From the NCBI RefSeq assembly GCF_006345805.1, contig NC_042997.1:82398001-82462000 (forward strand): 64,000 nt of DNA, written 5' to 3'. The DNA comes from Octopus sinensis. Taxonomy: Eukaryota. Position 1 is the first letter of the stretch. Each line of letters begins with the position of its first letter. Below, piece after piece: positions 24,979 to 38,218 of this stretch. The notes under the pieces were generated by a model. It saw only the letters and a list, made by a program, of their open reading frames with translations, was not told the DNA's origin and ran no database searches. Both the position numbers and the translations under genes were made by a program.

Positions 24979-25575
24979 CAATGTAAATGTATTTCTATTT
25001 CTATTTCTATGTCTTGTTATATTTGTACTATATTAATGTATAATATCATTGCTATTGTGTAGTGGTTTAATAAAGTATTGATTGGGTATTATCTGATAGT
25101 TGATGATTGATTTAGATATATTTCTCCATTTTCTCATTTTGTATTATTAATTTACGGTAAAAATAATTTAACCTTTGCCCACATAATACAGTAGATGAAT
25201 TAATTGCATCGTAATTTTTAACATTTATGTATTAGCTTTGTTGGGTACTTCTCTAGCAGTATATTGGATATATGTTATCCCATGGAGGGTTGAATTTACA
25301 ACCCCTATCTCATTTTATATATATATATATATATATATCCTAGTGAAATAAATAGGGTTTACAATCAAATGTGAGTATGAATGGATTCTGAAGTGAGGCA
25401 ATGCAGAAAAAAGGATATTCTATCCAGAAATGTAACAAAAAGTTTGCACTGATCCATGAGCATAGAGTGCTATTTTATCCATGTAACCAATTTCCATCAA
25501 CATACACATACACATTTGCATATATTTACATTTTGTTCATACATATACATAAACATACTCATATATTTACAACAG

Positions 25576-25739
25576 GGAAGAAGAAAGGTTAAGGCAAATT
25601 CAGTTACAAAAGGAGAAAGAAGAAGAAGAATTAAGAAAACAATTAGAAGAGATTGAACGACAAAAAGCTAGGAAGATTTTACAAGGAAAGAAAGATATCA
25701 GTGGACAAACAATTCTACATCATATGGCTGGCCATGCAG
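25576..25739 (+). CDS. Dpy-30/ankyrin protein, coding exon 3 (EEERLRQIQ...KKDISGQTILHHMAGHA)
   Basis: aacag acceptor, gcag|gtattt donor; 164 nt = 1+162+1; coiled coil then ankyrin-type GQTILH. Confidence 0.85.
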
Positions 25740-26087
25740 GTATTTTCTAAGATTTTGGTTTTTCCTTCTTCCCACAAGTTTTCCTCCTTCCCACAAGTAA
25801 AATTAAATTTTACCTTCTTTCAAATTTAGAGGTTTGAAAAGCACCTGTTCTTGTTGCTGTATGGGTTGTGTTATATTAAATGACTGCAACTGTATAAAAT
25901 TCGTGTTGTGTGAATTATTGCTATTATTGTATATAGTATCAATTTATAATAGTATGTGCTATGTCATTTTATTAGGTATTAACCAGTGATTTGGGATTTC
26001 ATAGTGTATTTGTTATGTGTGTGAATTGTATTATTTTATTGAATGGTGATAATTTAGAGCATGTTTTGCATATGGAAAATGTACTGA

Positions 26088-26799
26088 CTAGCAGTATAAC
26101 CCAGCCTTGCCCGGGATTAAGTTACGATTATTAAGCTAATCAAATTCTTTATTTCAAACCAAACTAAGTAATATAGACGTCAAATTTGGGCGAAATCCGT
26201 TGAAATTAGTTATATTATATATATTAAATATATATGGGCAACAGACATGAACACACATACACATACGTATGTACGTACACCTATTGCATGTTTTGTGCAC
26301 GCATACATGTTCATAAACAGAAATGAATGGAAAAAATGTTGTTAAATTTGTAGATTAACACTCGCACGATTTTCACTAAAGTATATATACTAATGATTAT
26401 AAAATATAGTGTGTTTCAAAAACAAAAAACAAAACATTTTACATTTTATTTTTTATGAACTTCATAACTTACTCTCTCTCCCTCTCTCATTTTGTCTTTC
26501 CCGTGAAACTCTCTGCCCCCTTCTTCCACTTTTCTTTATCTTTTTTTTTTTTTGTTGTTAGACGCCATCAAAAAAGGCAAGGCTGATATTTTTCGTGGCT
26601 AAAAGCTATGTCTGAAAATAGATATTTACGCTACCCATGGGTGCCTCGGGGGTGGGGGGTGGAAATAAGTTGACAAAACCCAGATAGGATGTTGACAAAT
26701 GTCCTCCTAAAATTTGAGCGACATGCGTGCTAATTTGTGGACATGCATAAATTACAATCATGTACACACACACACACATCCTGCCTTTTATAGATATGA
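26088..26799 (-). mobile_element. Non-autonomous Helitron
   Basis: Minus strand a|TCATATCTATAAAAGG...cccgggcaaggctggg hairpin...CTAG|t; A/T insertion site. Confidence 0.75.
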
Positions 26800-26809
26800 T
26801 TGTGTTTAG

Positions 26810-27190
26810 TATTGAATTCAAAGTATCTTGTGTAGGATGTTGGCTGAGGTTAGCAAGGCTACTTTTTGTATGGGTTACATGTTTTTGTTAATTCTTTTTG
26901 TCATACCAAGTGCTCCAGTTATTATTGGTACTGTTTTCATTTTTATACTCCAGAAGCAGTTTATTTCAGTTTTGAGATCCTGTGCATTAACAGTTTCTCC
27001 ACTGTCTTTCTGGATCAAGATATCCCTAAGAGTACAGGTCTTTTGTTCCAGATGTTTATAATGACATCTGGATGGTTTGCCTTGATCTCCTTTCAGTGTG
27101 AAAAGACATGTCCCAAATGACTGAAGCCAAGTTGTCATGTATTATGTTTGGTGCGTGTTTATCACATTTCTTATCTGTTTTCCCACTGAA
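26810..27190 (-). mobile_element. R4/Dong-type (RLE) LINE 3' fragment
   Basis: ORF 26875..27138 KTCTLRDILIQKD...LKTEINCFWSIKMKTVPIITGALGM resembles the RLE endonuclease C-terminus. Confidence 0.7.
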
Positions 27191-27499
27191 GTGGCACATA
27201 TAGCCCAGTGGAATAGTATATGACTTAATTATGTTTGTTTACTATTAGTAGTAGATTGACTGAACCATTTGAGCATAAATTCCAACATTTCTTCTGGCTC
27301 TTTACATTCCATGTTCAAATCACATTGAGGTCAAGTTTGCTTTTTATCCCTTCAGGGTTAATAAAATAAAGTACAAGTTGTTAAAATACAGTATTAGAGT
27401 CAATACCATTGACTAAATTCATCCCTTCAAAATTGTTAGCTTTGTGCTTAAATCAGAAAATAATAATAATAATGATACATAATGATAATTTTCTGCTAT

Positions 27500-27905
27500 A
27501 GACAAACAGCCTGAAATTTGCGGGGAAGGGGGTTAGTCGACTACATCATCCCCAGTGCTCAACTGGTGCTTACTTTATCAACACCTGAAAGGGATGAAAA
27601 GTAAAGTTGACTTTAGCAGAATTTGAACTCAGAATGTAAAGATGGATGAAATGCTACTAACCATTTTGTCTAGTGCTATCAAATTTGCCTGCTCACCATC
27701 TTAGATAATAATAACAATAATAATAATGTTTTCAGATTTTTGGCACAAGGCCAGTAATTTTAGCCCAGTGCTCAATTGGTACTTATTTTATTGGTCCCCA
27801 AAGGATAAAAGGTAAAGTTGACCTTGGTAGAATCTGAACTGAGAATATAAGATGGATGAAATGCATTTTTTTTTCCATTGTGCTAATGATTCTACCAGCT
27901 CACCT
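27500..27905 (-). mobile_element. Two tandem SINE family B copies
   Basis: Two occurrences of cccagtgctcaa(c/t)tggt..cttt..aaaggat(g/a)aaa..taaagttgac..agaat(t/c)tgaact. Confidence 0.75.
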
Positions 27906-28071
27906 CATTAATCACAACATATTTTACTTTACAAGAATAAATTCACTTTGCTACATAAATACACAACTTCAGGATGTCTTATCCAAACACATGTAAATAA
28001 TTTATAGCAATTGAAGAACATTATTTCATCAATAAAAACATTTTACTATTATGTTCCATCTATAATTGTAG

Positions 28072-28191
28072 GTGCTGACTTCTCTGAACTATATGATATG
28101 GTAGAACTATTGGCTGACAAAGACTTGAATTACAGAACACCAAGAGATGTGGCAATGGAAGAAAATATTGAGGAAAATATTATCGAAATTG
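28072..28191 (+). CDS. Dpy-30/ankyrin protein, coding exon 4 (GADFSELYDMVELLADKDLNYRTPRDVAMEENIEENIIEI)
   Basis: ttgtag acceptor, g|gtaact donor, 120 nt phase 1/1; ankyrin-like KDLNYRTPRDVA. Confidence 0.85.
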
Positions 28192-29252
28192 GTAACTATG
28201 TTTGATCAGTATTTTATATATTTAGCTGGAGTAACACAAATGATAGGATATCTGACTATATGACTTTCTCTGATTGATTCTGTCTTTGTTCTAGGATTAA
28301 ATCTTGTTGGTTTTGAATTTTCTTTCATCTTTCTAGGAGTGATGAATAATACCAGTCCTGTAATGAGGCCTATTTGATTCACTGTATCCTACCTTACTTC
28401 TGTAAATTTGTGATCTAACACCAATGTAAGAGTCATTCTTTATCATTGGCAACAGTAATCACAGTGTTATCATGATCATCTATATTATTTGTTTTTTGGT
28501 TATTTATGAAGAGAATGGATGACAAAATCAGTAAGACATTGAACAAAATAACTTATTGTATTCAGCTATTTATGTTCTATGTTCGGATCTTGCTGGAGGA
28601 GGAAGAGTCATTATTTAACATTCCTTTTTCCATGTGAACATGAGTTGGATGCTTTGACAGAAACCAGAGGACTGCACTGAGCTCCAATGTCAAGCTTTGG
28701 TGTGATTTCTACAGCTGAATAGCCTTCCTAAAGACAACCATTTTACAGAGTTTACTGGGTACTTTTATGTGGCACCAGCATTAGTGAGGTCACCAAGTAC
28801 TGAGTGGGTTATAATAATGGAGGTTAAAGTATCATAGAAGGACATGAACAGGTGTCTTAAAGAGGAGAATACATAACTTCCCTAGCTGGAAAGAAGTGAG
28901 AGATGATGAGGGCATACCTTCAAGGTACACAGTGAATATGAAAGAGAGAATAGGGATAGAGGAATAGAAAGGGTGGGTGGACTGTTAAGTTCACAAGAGT
29001 GTGAAAAGAGTGTGACAGATGATTAGAGATAGGGATTGAGGTGAATGCAGTGAATATCATATTGGGGATGGGAGAGTGAAGGAAATAAGTGTGGATCAGG
29101 GAGAAGAAGAAGGGACAGTAAGGACTCTGCCAAGTCACCACCTTAAATATTACTTTAATTAAATTAACTTTAATTAGAAAGTAGCTTCAATCATGAACTC
29201 TTATTATGAATCATTCAAGTACTAAGCTCATAAAATTCATCTTCTTTTGCAG

Positions 29253-29416
29253 ATTCATATGTGTCATCTTTGATGATAGAAGGAAATGTAGCCCCTTTGA
29301 AACAGCTGTTGTTTGATGGCTACCCTTACTTGCAACAAGCGATTGACATTCTGCCATCAATAAGTGAACTTCCAGAAGAGAGTCAAGCATTCATCAACTC
29401 CATAGCAGATACTCAA
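29253..29416 (+). CDS. Dpy-30/ankyrin protein, coding exon 5 (DSYVSSLMIEGNVAPLKQLLFDGYPYL...ADTQ)
   Basis: cttcttttgcag acceptor, caa|gtacgg donor, 164 nt phase 1 to 0. Confidence 0.85.
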
Positions 29417-29704
29417 GTACGGTTTACAAATATCCTTCAAACTTATAACTGATACACATTTCACACCTTCCAAATATTCCTCAGGCTCATGGCTGATACA
29501 CATTTCAAAATATTGATTTCTTATATGAATGTAAAGACAGATGTTACTGTTATTTAGTTTATCAAGCCTTCAAGGGATGAAAGGCAAAGTTGCTTTTGGT
29601 ATGATTTGAATACATAATGTAGAAAAATAATGTAAATCATATAGATCACTGCTCTAACCTTTCAGTTAACTCGATATCCCAAGATACCTTTATATTTTCA
29701 ATAT

Positions 29705-29937
29705 ATTGGATGAACTTATTGACATCCCTCTGTCTCTCTTTCGGAGAGGCACAAGCACCTACACACACATATACACACACGGCAGTAACTTCCACCTACC
29801 AAATTCAATCACAAAGCTCCGGTCAGCTTGGGGCTATAATGAAAGACACCTACCCAAAGTGCCACGCAGTGGGACTGAACCCGAAACCATATAGCTAGGA
29901 AGGAAGCTCCCTAACCACACAGCCATGCCCGCGCCTA
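29705..29937 (-). mobile_element. tRNA-derived SINE family A copy
   Basis: Head ggcgcgggcatggctgtgtggttag...gggttcagtcccactgcgtggcac with A/B-box-like motifs. Confidence 0.75.
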
Positions 29938-30545
29938 CATATGAAATGAATATGGTCAGGAGATTTGTACAGTGCTTTTTTCAAGGATTTTTCAAGTATA
30001 AATTTCTTGTAACTAGATAAAGACTAATGCTCATGATTACTTCATAACTTATTGATTTTGAAGGGATAAAAGGTAAAAGTTAACTCAGAACCCAGATGTA
30101 TCATTGTTCTGCCGTTTCAGCCATTTCCATCATCCTGGCCACTTATATATAATAATATTACAACTTGTAAATTTATAGAAGCAGAATTAATAAGGGAAAA
30201 TTCTATATGGATGTTCACCTTACTAGAAACAGCTGCCAAATCTTTCTGACATAACATCCTCTTGTCTTAAAATAAAGTCATATTGGATGATGTAGTACTA
30301 GATAAATCAGGAAAAAGATTTGATGGTCAAAACTGGAATACCTTTGATCATAAGTCCACTTGATCAAGGTTGACTTGGAGCTAAAATATAATAAATCTAT
30401 TCAATTATCAAAATCATCTAACCAAGAGAATTATGGCCAAAATAAACCCATAAATGTTAAATTGAAACTAAAAAAGTTAAGCTTAAGAAAATATAATCAA
30501 AGAAAATATATCTACTGAAATTTTTGTTTTACAATTTACTTTCAG

Positions 30546-30749
30546 GATAAATGTGAAAGCATTTTTAAAGCTATCCAAGAAGGTGATGAAGAAGGATTTC
30601 ATATTTTGCTTGATTCAATGCCTGAGTTGATATCATGTAAAAATGCTAGAGGTCAGTCTTTATTACATGCAGCTGTTTTACATGAGGAAACTGAAATGAT
30701 AAAACATATACTAGAAACTTCCCCTGAGAGTCACAAAGCAAAAGACAAT
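30546..30749 (+). CDS. Dpy-30/ankyrin protein, coding exon 6 (DKCESIFKAIQEGDEEG...KNARGQSLLHAAVLHEETEMIKHILE...KAKDN)
   Basis: tttcag acceptor, aat|gtaaga donor, 204 nt phase 0; clear ankyrin repeat GQSLLHAAV. Confidence 0.9.
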
Positions 30750-31798
30750 GTAAGAAATATTTTTGGCAATTCTTTTTCGGATGTTATTTTTTAAAATATA
30801 TTTCTGGTTTCAGTTCTCTGATATTTTACAGCTATGCTTTCTCACTCCCAAATTAAAATATTTTAAGAATTGTAAGCTAAAAGGTCAAGTCCATGGTAAA
30901 CAGAATGCAATAAAGTAAAATTTCTTTATTTTATTTGTGAACATTGTTGGTTAAGGTATGAATGTCAGAAGTTTTAGTTTCCAAAATTTGACAAAAATTT
31001 GATTTTTGATACTCATTATATGAATGAAATAGACAGAGCTGAGCTAACAAAGCAACTCTAGGTGGCTGCCCTACCTGCTAGAGAGAGCAGCCAAATTTCC
31101 TCTGAATCACATCACCTTACTGTCATTAAAAAAAAAAGCAAGAATATATTGAACAATGTAGTTCTAGATATAATATGTATGATTACTATATGTATATTAT
31201 ACAAGATGTGTACAAACTAATGAGAGAGCTTCATCTACTTGAAATAGTAGTAAAATCTACCTCAACTCACACCTTAATATCTTAAAAAGGTAAGGATACA
31301 TTAGTTAATGTAATCCAGGGTACATTATACATACAAAATATAAAAAAGAGAAAATACATAAGATGGCGCTGACTAGAATGTCTTTGATCATTGATCTGCT
31401 CAATTTGGGCCAATTTGAGACTAAACAACAACATTAGACTACTAAATAAAATAGTGTTTTGCTTGCTTTTAATTAAATAAGTAAAATCAATATGTTCATC
31501 ACATCATTATTCAGCATAACAATCACCAAATTACCATTTCCAACATCATCACTAACCTTTATAATCAGAGACTGAAAAACATTTGTCCTTATCTGTTGTT
31601 ATTTCCCAAACTGTATTTTATGTCAAATGACATTGATTCAGATGTTATTTTTGGGCTATGTCCCCGCTACTATCTACTATTGAGGTTGTTGTAGAATTTC
31701 ACTAATCTCAATTCATCTATTCTAGTTACATGTCTAAACCAATGCAACAACACTTTAACTGCATGTATTTATCCGATGTACTTACTTGAGGAAGAAAT

Positions 31799-31896
<98 letters not shown>

Positions 31897-32018
31897 ACAT
31901 ATATACATATACATATATATATATATATATTATGTGAAATAGAAAGATGAATAATCTTGTAGTAGATTAATCAAAAGTTTAACCGATACCTTAGTAGCAA
32001 AAATCACAGCAGTAAACA

Positions 32019-32143
32019 GCACGGTTGGAGGTACAACCATCTGGCGTTGCAACCGTGCGTTGGTGCGGATAATTGAAATTAAAACATTATTGGTGAATTG
32101 AAGAAATGGTTCAGCTCCATTTCTTCAATTCACCAATAATGTT
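32019..32143. repeat. Two adjacent hairpins: 9-bp stem (32019-32058) and perfect 27-bp stem with 7-nt loop (32083-32143)
   Basis: gcacggttg/caaccgtgc; aacattattggtgaattgaagaaatgg-ttcagct-ccatttcttcaattcaccaataatgtt. Confidence 0.9.
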
Positions 32144-32282
32144 ATATATATATATATATATAATATATATATATATACATACACACACAAACACATATAC
32201 GTACATACATACACACATACATAAACACATAAATACTTACTTATGTACACACATGTATATGGCTGTGTGTATGTGTATGTTT

Positions 32283-33270
32283 GTGAATGTGTGTGCGTGT
32301 GGACAATGCAGAATCTAGGGATTGACGAATGGTTAATAAGGGCTGTACAGGCCCTATACAGAGATGCCATCAGTAGGGTTAGGATTGGAAATGAGTATAG
32401 TGAAGAATTCCGGGTAGAAGTAGGGGTCCACCAAGAATCAGCCATCAGCCCCCTCTTATTCATCATAGTCCTCCAAGCAATAACAAAGGAATTCAAGACA
32501 GGTTGCTCCTGGGAACTCCTCTATGCTGATGATCTGGCCCTCATAGCAGAATCACTACCGGAACTAGAGAAGAAACTTCATGTCTGGAAGCAAAGTTTAG
32601 AATTGAAGGGCCTTAGAGTCAATGTTGCAAAGACCAAAGTTCTAGTAAGTAGGAAGGCGAACACATCATACACCATGATCCGTTGGATATATAATGTCAG
32701 TGTGCACACATAACAGAATGTAAGCACCCTGAGAGAAATGTTAGACATAAGAAGAATTGGATGTGGAGTGCAAGAGAGACGTTTGCGTTGGTATGATGAT
32801 GTACTGCAGATGGATGAGGAGAGCTGTGTGAAGAAGTGCCACTCTCAAACAGTGGAAGGAATCCGGAGTAGAGGGAGACCCAGGAAGACATGGGATGAAG
32901 TGGTGAAGCATGATCTTCAAATGTTGGGCCTCACAGAGGCAATGACAAACGACCAAGACCTCTGGAGGTATGCTGTGACTGAAAAGACCCGACAAATTAA
33001 GCGAGTACACAGCTGTAACCTACACCAGTGACGCAAAACCAGCCCACTTAAAAGTACCTTGGATTGTAGGGCGATATGCCATACTTGAGGAGACCTACTG
33101 AGTTAAGTACATTAACATCAGCAATATCAAAATCAAATCAAATAGAAATTGTAGTTGTAACCCCCGTGCTGGTAGCACATAAAAAGCACCATCTGAACGT
33201 GGCCGATGCCAGTGCTGCCTTGACTGGCTTCCGTGCCAGTGGCGCATAAAAAGCACCATCTGATCGTGGT
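32283..33270 (+). mobile_element. RTE-clade LINE fragment (RT domain to 3' UTR, internally deleted, tail missing)
   Basis: ORF 32243..32713 with VGVHQESAISPLLFIIVL and ELLYADDLALIA; ORF 32738..33031 is the C-terminus. Confidence 0.88.
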
Positions 33271-35690
33271 TGATGCCATCAAATGCTTTTGCTGCCCTTT
33301 GAATTCGCAGCTGTATTTCTGTATCAAGATTCACACCATTTTGAACAGAGCTTCCAAGGTAGATGAAGGAGTCGGCAACTTCAAGTAACTTACCTGTAAC
33401 AAAAACTTTAGTGGGGTTACAAACAGTACCATAGTTGATGCATTACAACTGGGTTTTTTTCAAGTTGATAGCCAATCCAAAATCATCACAAGCCAAGTCA
33501 AATGCAGATGCAAGAGATTGCAGACCTGTTTCGGAATGACTGACAAGATCGCAATTGTCAGCATATAAATGTTCCCTAATGAGTGATGTAAAAAACTTTG
33601 TTTTGAATTTCAGTCTGGTCAGACTAAAAATATTCCCTGTTATTCGATATTTTATGTAAATATCCTCCTTAGAGTTTTGAAAAGCATGTGACAGCACAAC
33701 AGCAAAGTATATTGCAAAAAGAGTGGGTGCATCAAGGTCTCCTTGCTTTACTCCATTTTCCACAGCAAAAGATTCAGAGAGCCTACCACCAAAATTAACT
33801 CTAGCTTTCATATCTTGATGCAAAGCCCTGACCATGTTTACAAATTTCTCTGGGCAACCTATTTTCCTTAGAATTAGCCACAGAGCATTTCGATTAACAG
33901 TATCGAATGCTTTGCTCAAATCAACAAGGCAATGGTATTGAACAAGATTCTGTTCAATGCACTTTTCTTGTAATTGTCTGACAGTAAAGATACAATTAGC
34001 TGTGCCCTTGGAGGAATGAAAACCACACTGAGACTCAGACACTATATTTGGAACTATGAGGGTATTTAAACATTCTAACAAAATGTGGGTAAGTACCTTT
34101 CCAACCACAAACAAAAGCGAAATCCCACGAAAATTACCACACAGATCTTTTGGCCTCGATTTATACAAGAAGACTGAAATGGCATCAATCCAGGCCTGAG
34201 GCACTTTCTCAGTTCTCCAACGGTGACAAATTAATATATTTAAGAGTTCAAACATTTTGTAACCCCCATATTTCAAGAATTCTGCACAGATTTCATCAGA
34301 CCCTGGAGACTCATTGTTATTCAGCTTATTCACAGCTAAATAAATGTCATTTAGAGTTGGTTCAAATGCCATCTCTTCTATAACTGGAAGGTGTTCAATT
34401 CTTTCTATCGTCCTCATGTCAACGGATGATGGTCTATTCAAAAGTACAGAAAAATGCTCCACCCAGCACTTATGAATAGAAGCGGTATCAGTCAGAAGAA
34501 AACATCCATTTGCTGTTCTCACTGGAGCTATTGAGGAAGATTTGGGGCCATATACCTCCTTAACATAAGAATACAAACCCTTGACATCATTTCTATCAGC
34601 TGCTTCTTGTGCCCCTTTTGCTCTATCATTCCACCATTCCTGTTTAATTTTCTTTAGCTCAGTCTGCACTTTTCTTTTCAACTTACTGTAAGTTTTGTTT
34701 GAGTTGGGTTTCAAGGACTGAGAAAGAAGTGTATTGCCTAAGTTTTGTTTTTATAAAAGTAGATCATGAATTTCTGCTGATCTATCTGAGAACCAGTCAC
34801 TGGACTTATGTGATTTAAATCCCACTGACGTACTTGCAGCCTGAATTACTTTCGGTTTGAAATCTTTCAACAGATTGTTTGGGTTAAGATTGATACTTTC
34901 TATAGCATCATAGAATCTTTGAAAGTTACTTGATAATTTAAAGTTTGCAACATTTAACTTTTTGGGTACCTTAGGACCAGACTGTCGATTTTTAGGCATT
35001 ATCGAAAAATTTATTTTTCTACGCACTAGATGATGGTCAGTCCAGCTCTCTGCTCCTCTCATGGCCTGGACACTAGAAATATCTTTCATATCACGTTTTC
35101 TAATCAGAATATGATCTATGAGATGCCAGTACTTAGATCTTGGGTGCATCCAGGTGGTTTTATATTTATTTTTCTGCTTAAACAGAGTGTTGGTGACAAC
35201 CAGATTATTCTCAGTATGAAATGTCAAAAGAGCTACTCAATTTTTATTACATTTTCCAATCTCATGTCAACCTAAAAGAAGCCATGAAACAGTCCTTTCC
35301 AACTCTTGCATTGAAATCTCCCAATATGACCAGCTTGTCAGAAATTGGTACTTTCCTCAATAATTGTGCTAGGTCATCATAAAACTGTCCTACAGTTTCA
35401 TCAGAATGGAACATTGTTGGTGCATAAATACTGACAACGATAAGAAACCTACCTTTTGTCAGTTTAATACAGCATGACATGATCCATTCAGATATACCAC
35501 TTGGAAGCCCTGCAATGGAGGATACTAATGTATTCTTGAGAGCAAACCCAGCACCAGATTCTCTACGCTGACCCTTAGGTAGGCCTCTCCAAAAGATAGC
35601 ATATCCATAAGTAGGTTTATTTACATGACCCTCACCAGAGAGACAAATTTCATTCACCGCAGGTAGTTCTCAGGATACAGCCATAAAGAA
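33271..35690 (-). mobile_element. RTE (BovB-like) LINE, APE endonuclease plus RT, frameshifted and truncated at both ends
   Basis: ORF 35262..35657 (VSIYAPT...LVILGDFNARVG), 34751..35227 (TTWMHPRSKYWHLIDHIL..DHHLV), 33443..34714 RT (FRGISLL, DLSKAFDTV, GVKQGD, YADN). Confidence 0.92.
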
Positions 35691-36441
35691 AGGATCAGAG
35701 TATACAAAGGAACCATGAGGAAATTTGAAACTATTATACATAACGATAGGAATGGGATTTGCCCACTCTATAGGAGCAAGTCATGTGTATACATACACAT
35801 ACTTTATTCAAATTATATTGAAAATAGAACGTATATGCAGAGTATTGTGTGTGCGTGCATGTAAAAGAGAGAAAATAAAAAATAAAAGCAATAATCTCCA
35901 TAGCTGGAACAATATTCCTAAATTATTTTATAATGTTTGCACAAATTAGAACAACTTATCACCATATCTACCTCCCCTCTCTCTCTCTTTTCCTCTTTCT
36001 TGCCTTCTTTCTCTCCCTCTCTCTTTTCCTCTTTCTCTTTCTCACACACATACACAATGATTTGAAGATATCCCTGGTCTAAACATCGCTTGGAATTCAA
36101 GCAATAAAATGGAAGTGTATATATGAATGGGAAGGAGAGACTAAGAACTAATGTTAAGATAATAAGCCTCCACCACCTCCAGCATCATTACTATCATAAT
36201 TATTGATTTGGATGGTTCCATTTAGCTCAAATTCAGTCATAAGTTGCATTATAAAAACAGCAAACAACAGCAATTAGCAAAGTAGCTGCATACAGCTTCT
36301 CATTCTGGACATACTGAGACTGCAGATAATAACAAATGCATGAGATGTTATTTCAGAACAAGTACTGCAGTAACTGATCTATCAACAAAGATGATTATTT
36401 TAAGATTATTGATACTTGTTTGTTGTATCTATTTTTTTTAG

Positions 36442-36534
36442 GTTCATCGCACACCAATACATTACAGTTTTGGGATATCAGAAAGCTTAATGAATCTTTT
36501 CCCTCAAGATGACTCAGATTTTGAAGTTGATGCG
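36442..36534 (+). CDS. Dpy-30/ankyrin protein, coding exon 7 (VHRTPIHYSFGISESLMNLFPQDDSDFEVDA)
   Basis: ttttttttag acceptor, gcg|gtaagt donor, 93 nt; KDN+VHRTPIHY completes an ankyrin repeat across the intron. Confidence 0.88.
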
Positions 36535-38104
36535 GTAAGTTATATATTAGTGTATCCAAAGAAATATGATAGAATTCTTGCAAAATAGAATAATCAATTC
36601 TGGAGTTATGGAAACAGTGATGTACCTGTTTAAATGCCTTTAAACTGCTTAGATGCAGTTATTTGTTATGTATTACTATGCTCTAAATTTATATTGCACT
36701 AGTGACAACTTTTATCTTTTTCCCCTTCAGGGTCAATAAAATGATGATAGTCATATACTGACAAGCATATGGTCTATCAAATTAACTATATCCATTCCTA
36801 AATGATTTCTGGCTATGTTTTAATGTCAGAATTAATTTATTGCTTTCTTGTAGTGACAGAATTGAGATCTCTTTTCAAAAAATTTATTAACAGAAATTGT
36901 AAGCTTTATATCATCTTTGAAAGAAAATCATATCATTAGTGTTATGGACTTAATATCCAAATCCACAAGAATCCCTTTGGCATTTCTAAACTATTTTCTC
37001 AAAGCTCAAAGCCTAAATCAGTCACAAGAGATTACCATTTCAATAATGTTTCACTTACTGTAGGAATACTGTAATAGATATTGAAACTAATATTTTAAAA
37101 TTCCAGATATTCTTATCACCAAAATTTGATGTTTGTTGACCTAACATTCGAGAATGCGTTGTCAACCATGAATTCTCCCTCTCTTCCACACACACACAAT
37201 AAAGACTTAGGAAATATTTTGATTTAGATATAACTTAGGCTTCAAAGAATAAACCAGACAGGCATGTGTGAACAGGTGACAGACTAAATGAAGAGTTGGA
37301 GATCATCCTCTACTATTCCATTAATTACTCTTATTTATTAATTTATGTGGTTTCAGCTGACTCAAGTTTGGACATTACTAAATCTATTTGATATATTTTT
37401 TAATATTTCTATAAAGGAAAATAATATTTGTTTTGGGTTCATTGCATTAAAGACTCATCTTCATGATGGATATAGAATAACAAATTAAATAACTTTGCTA
37501 ATTTACACTGATATTTCCAAATATAAATGGAATGTGAGCATGAACCATAAAGACTAAGAGACAGACCGGGAAAGACCCAAGGAAAGGGGCAGTGAAGAGC
37601 AATAATATAAAGTAGCTAGAAGAGAAGCTAGACATTAAATATTGATATACTTAACAAGGGAGGGTGCAGCCAAAAGTAAAAAGTTAACTAATGTTCTATA
37701 AAGGTATTCAACATACAAGAGAAGAATGAAATGCCATTGGAAAGGAGTGTGTAAGGAATGATAATGGCACACATGTTCTTACTGATGCCAAAAAGAAAGA
37801 CAGGGAATTACTATTACAAGAAGTTTAGTTGCAAGAAGAGAGTGCATGGGGGAAAGAGAATCTTTCCAAAGTAGACTCAATAGAAAGATTAGCCATTCAA
37901 ATTGACAGCAATATGTTGGCAAGTGCAGTTAAGGATTTGAAGGCAGGAAGGTTGTCCATCAGAGTAATTATGGAATGGAATAAGCTAAACAAAATCTCTC
38001 CTGAGTAAATAAAAAATAATGATAGGGATAATTATTTCTAATTTAGGTGCAAGGCCTGATTTTTTTGGGGTGGGGAAGAATCTGAATGTGCCAAAATTTG
38101 AAAC

Positions 38105-38153
<49 letters not shown>

Positions 38154-38157
38154 TTTA

Positions 38158-38217
<60 letters not shown>

Positions 38218-38218
38218 T

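Larger units (their letters stand above)
24187..25144. repeat. Young inverted repeat, ~380 bp arms (24187-24565 / 24764-25144), ~200 bp spacer
   Basis: Arms are reverse complements with only about 4 mismatches found on manual comparison. Confidence 0.92.

Noticed and set aside
25456-25656. ORF-track frame across exon 3 of the nested gene (GRRKVKANS...)
   Set aside because: Wrong frame; the phase-2 junction from exon 21195-21289 selects the EEERLRQ frame, which stays open.
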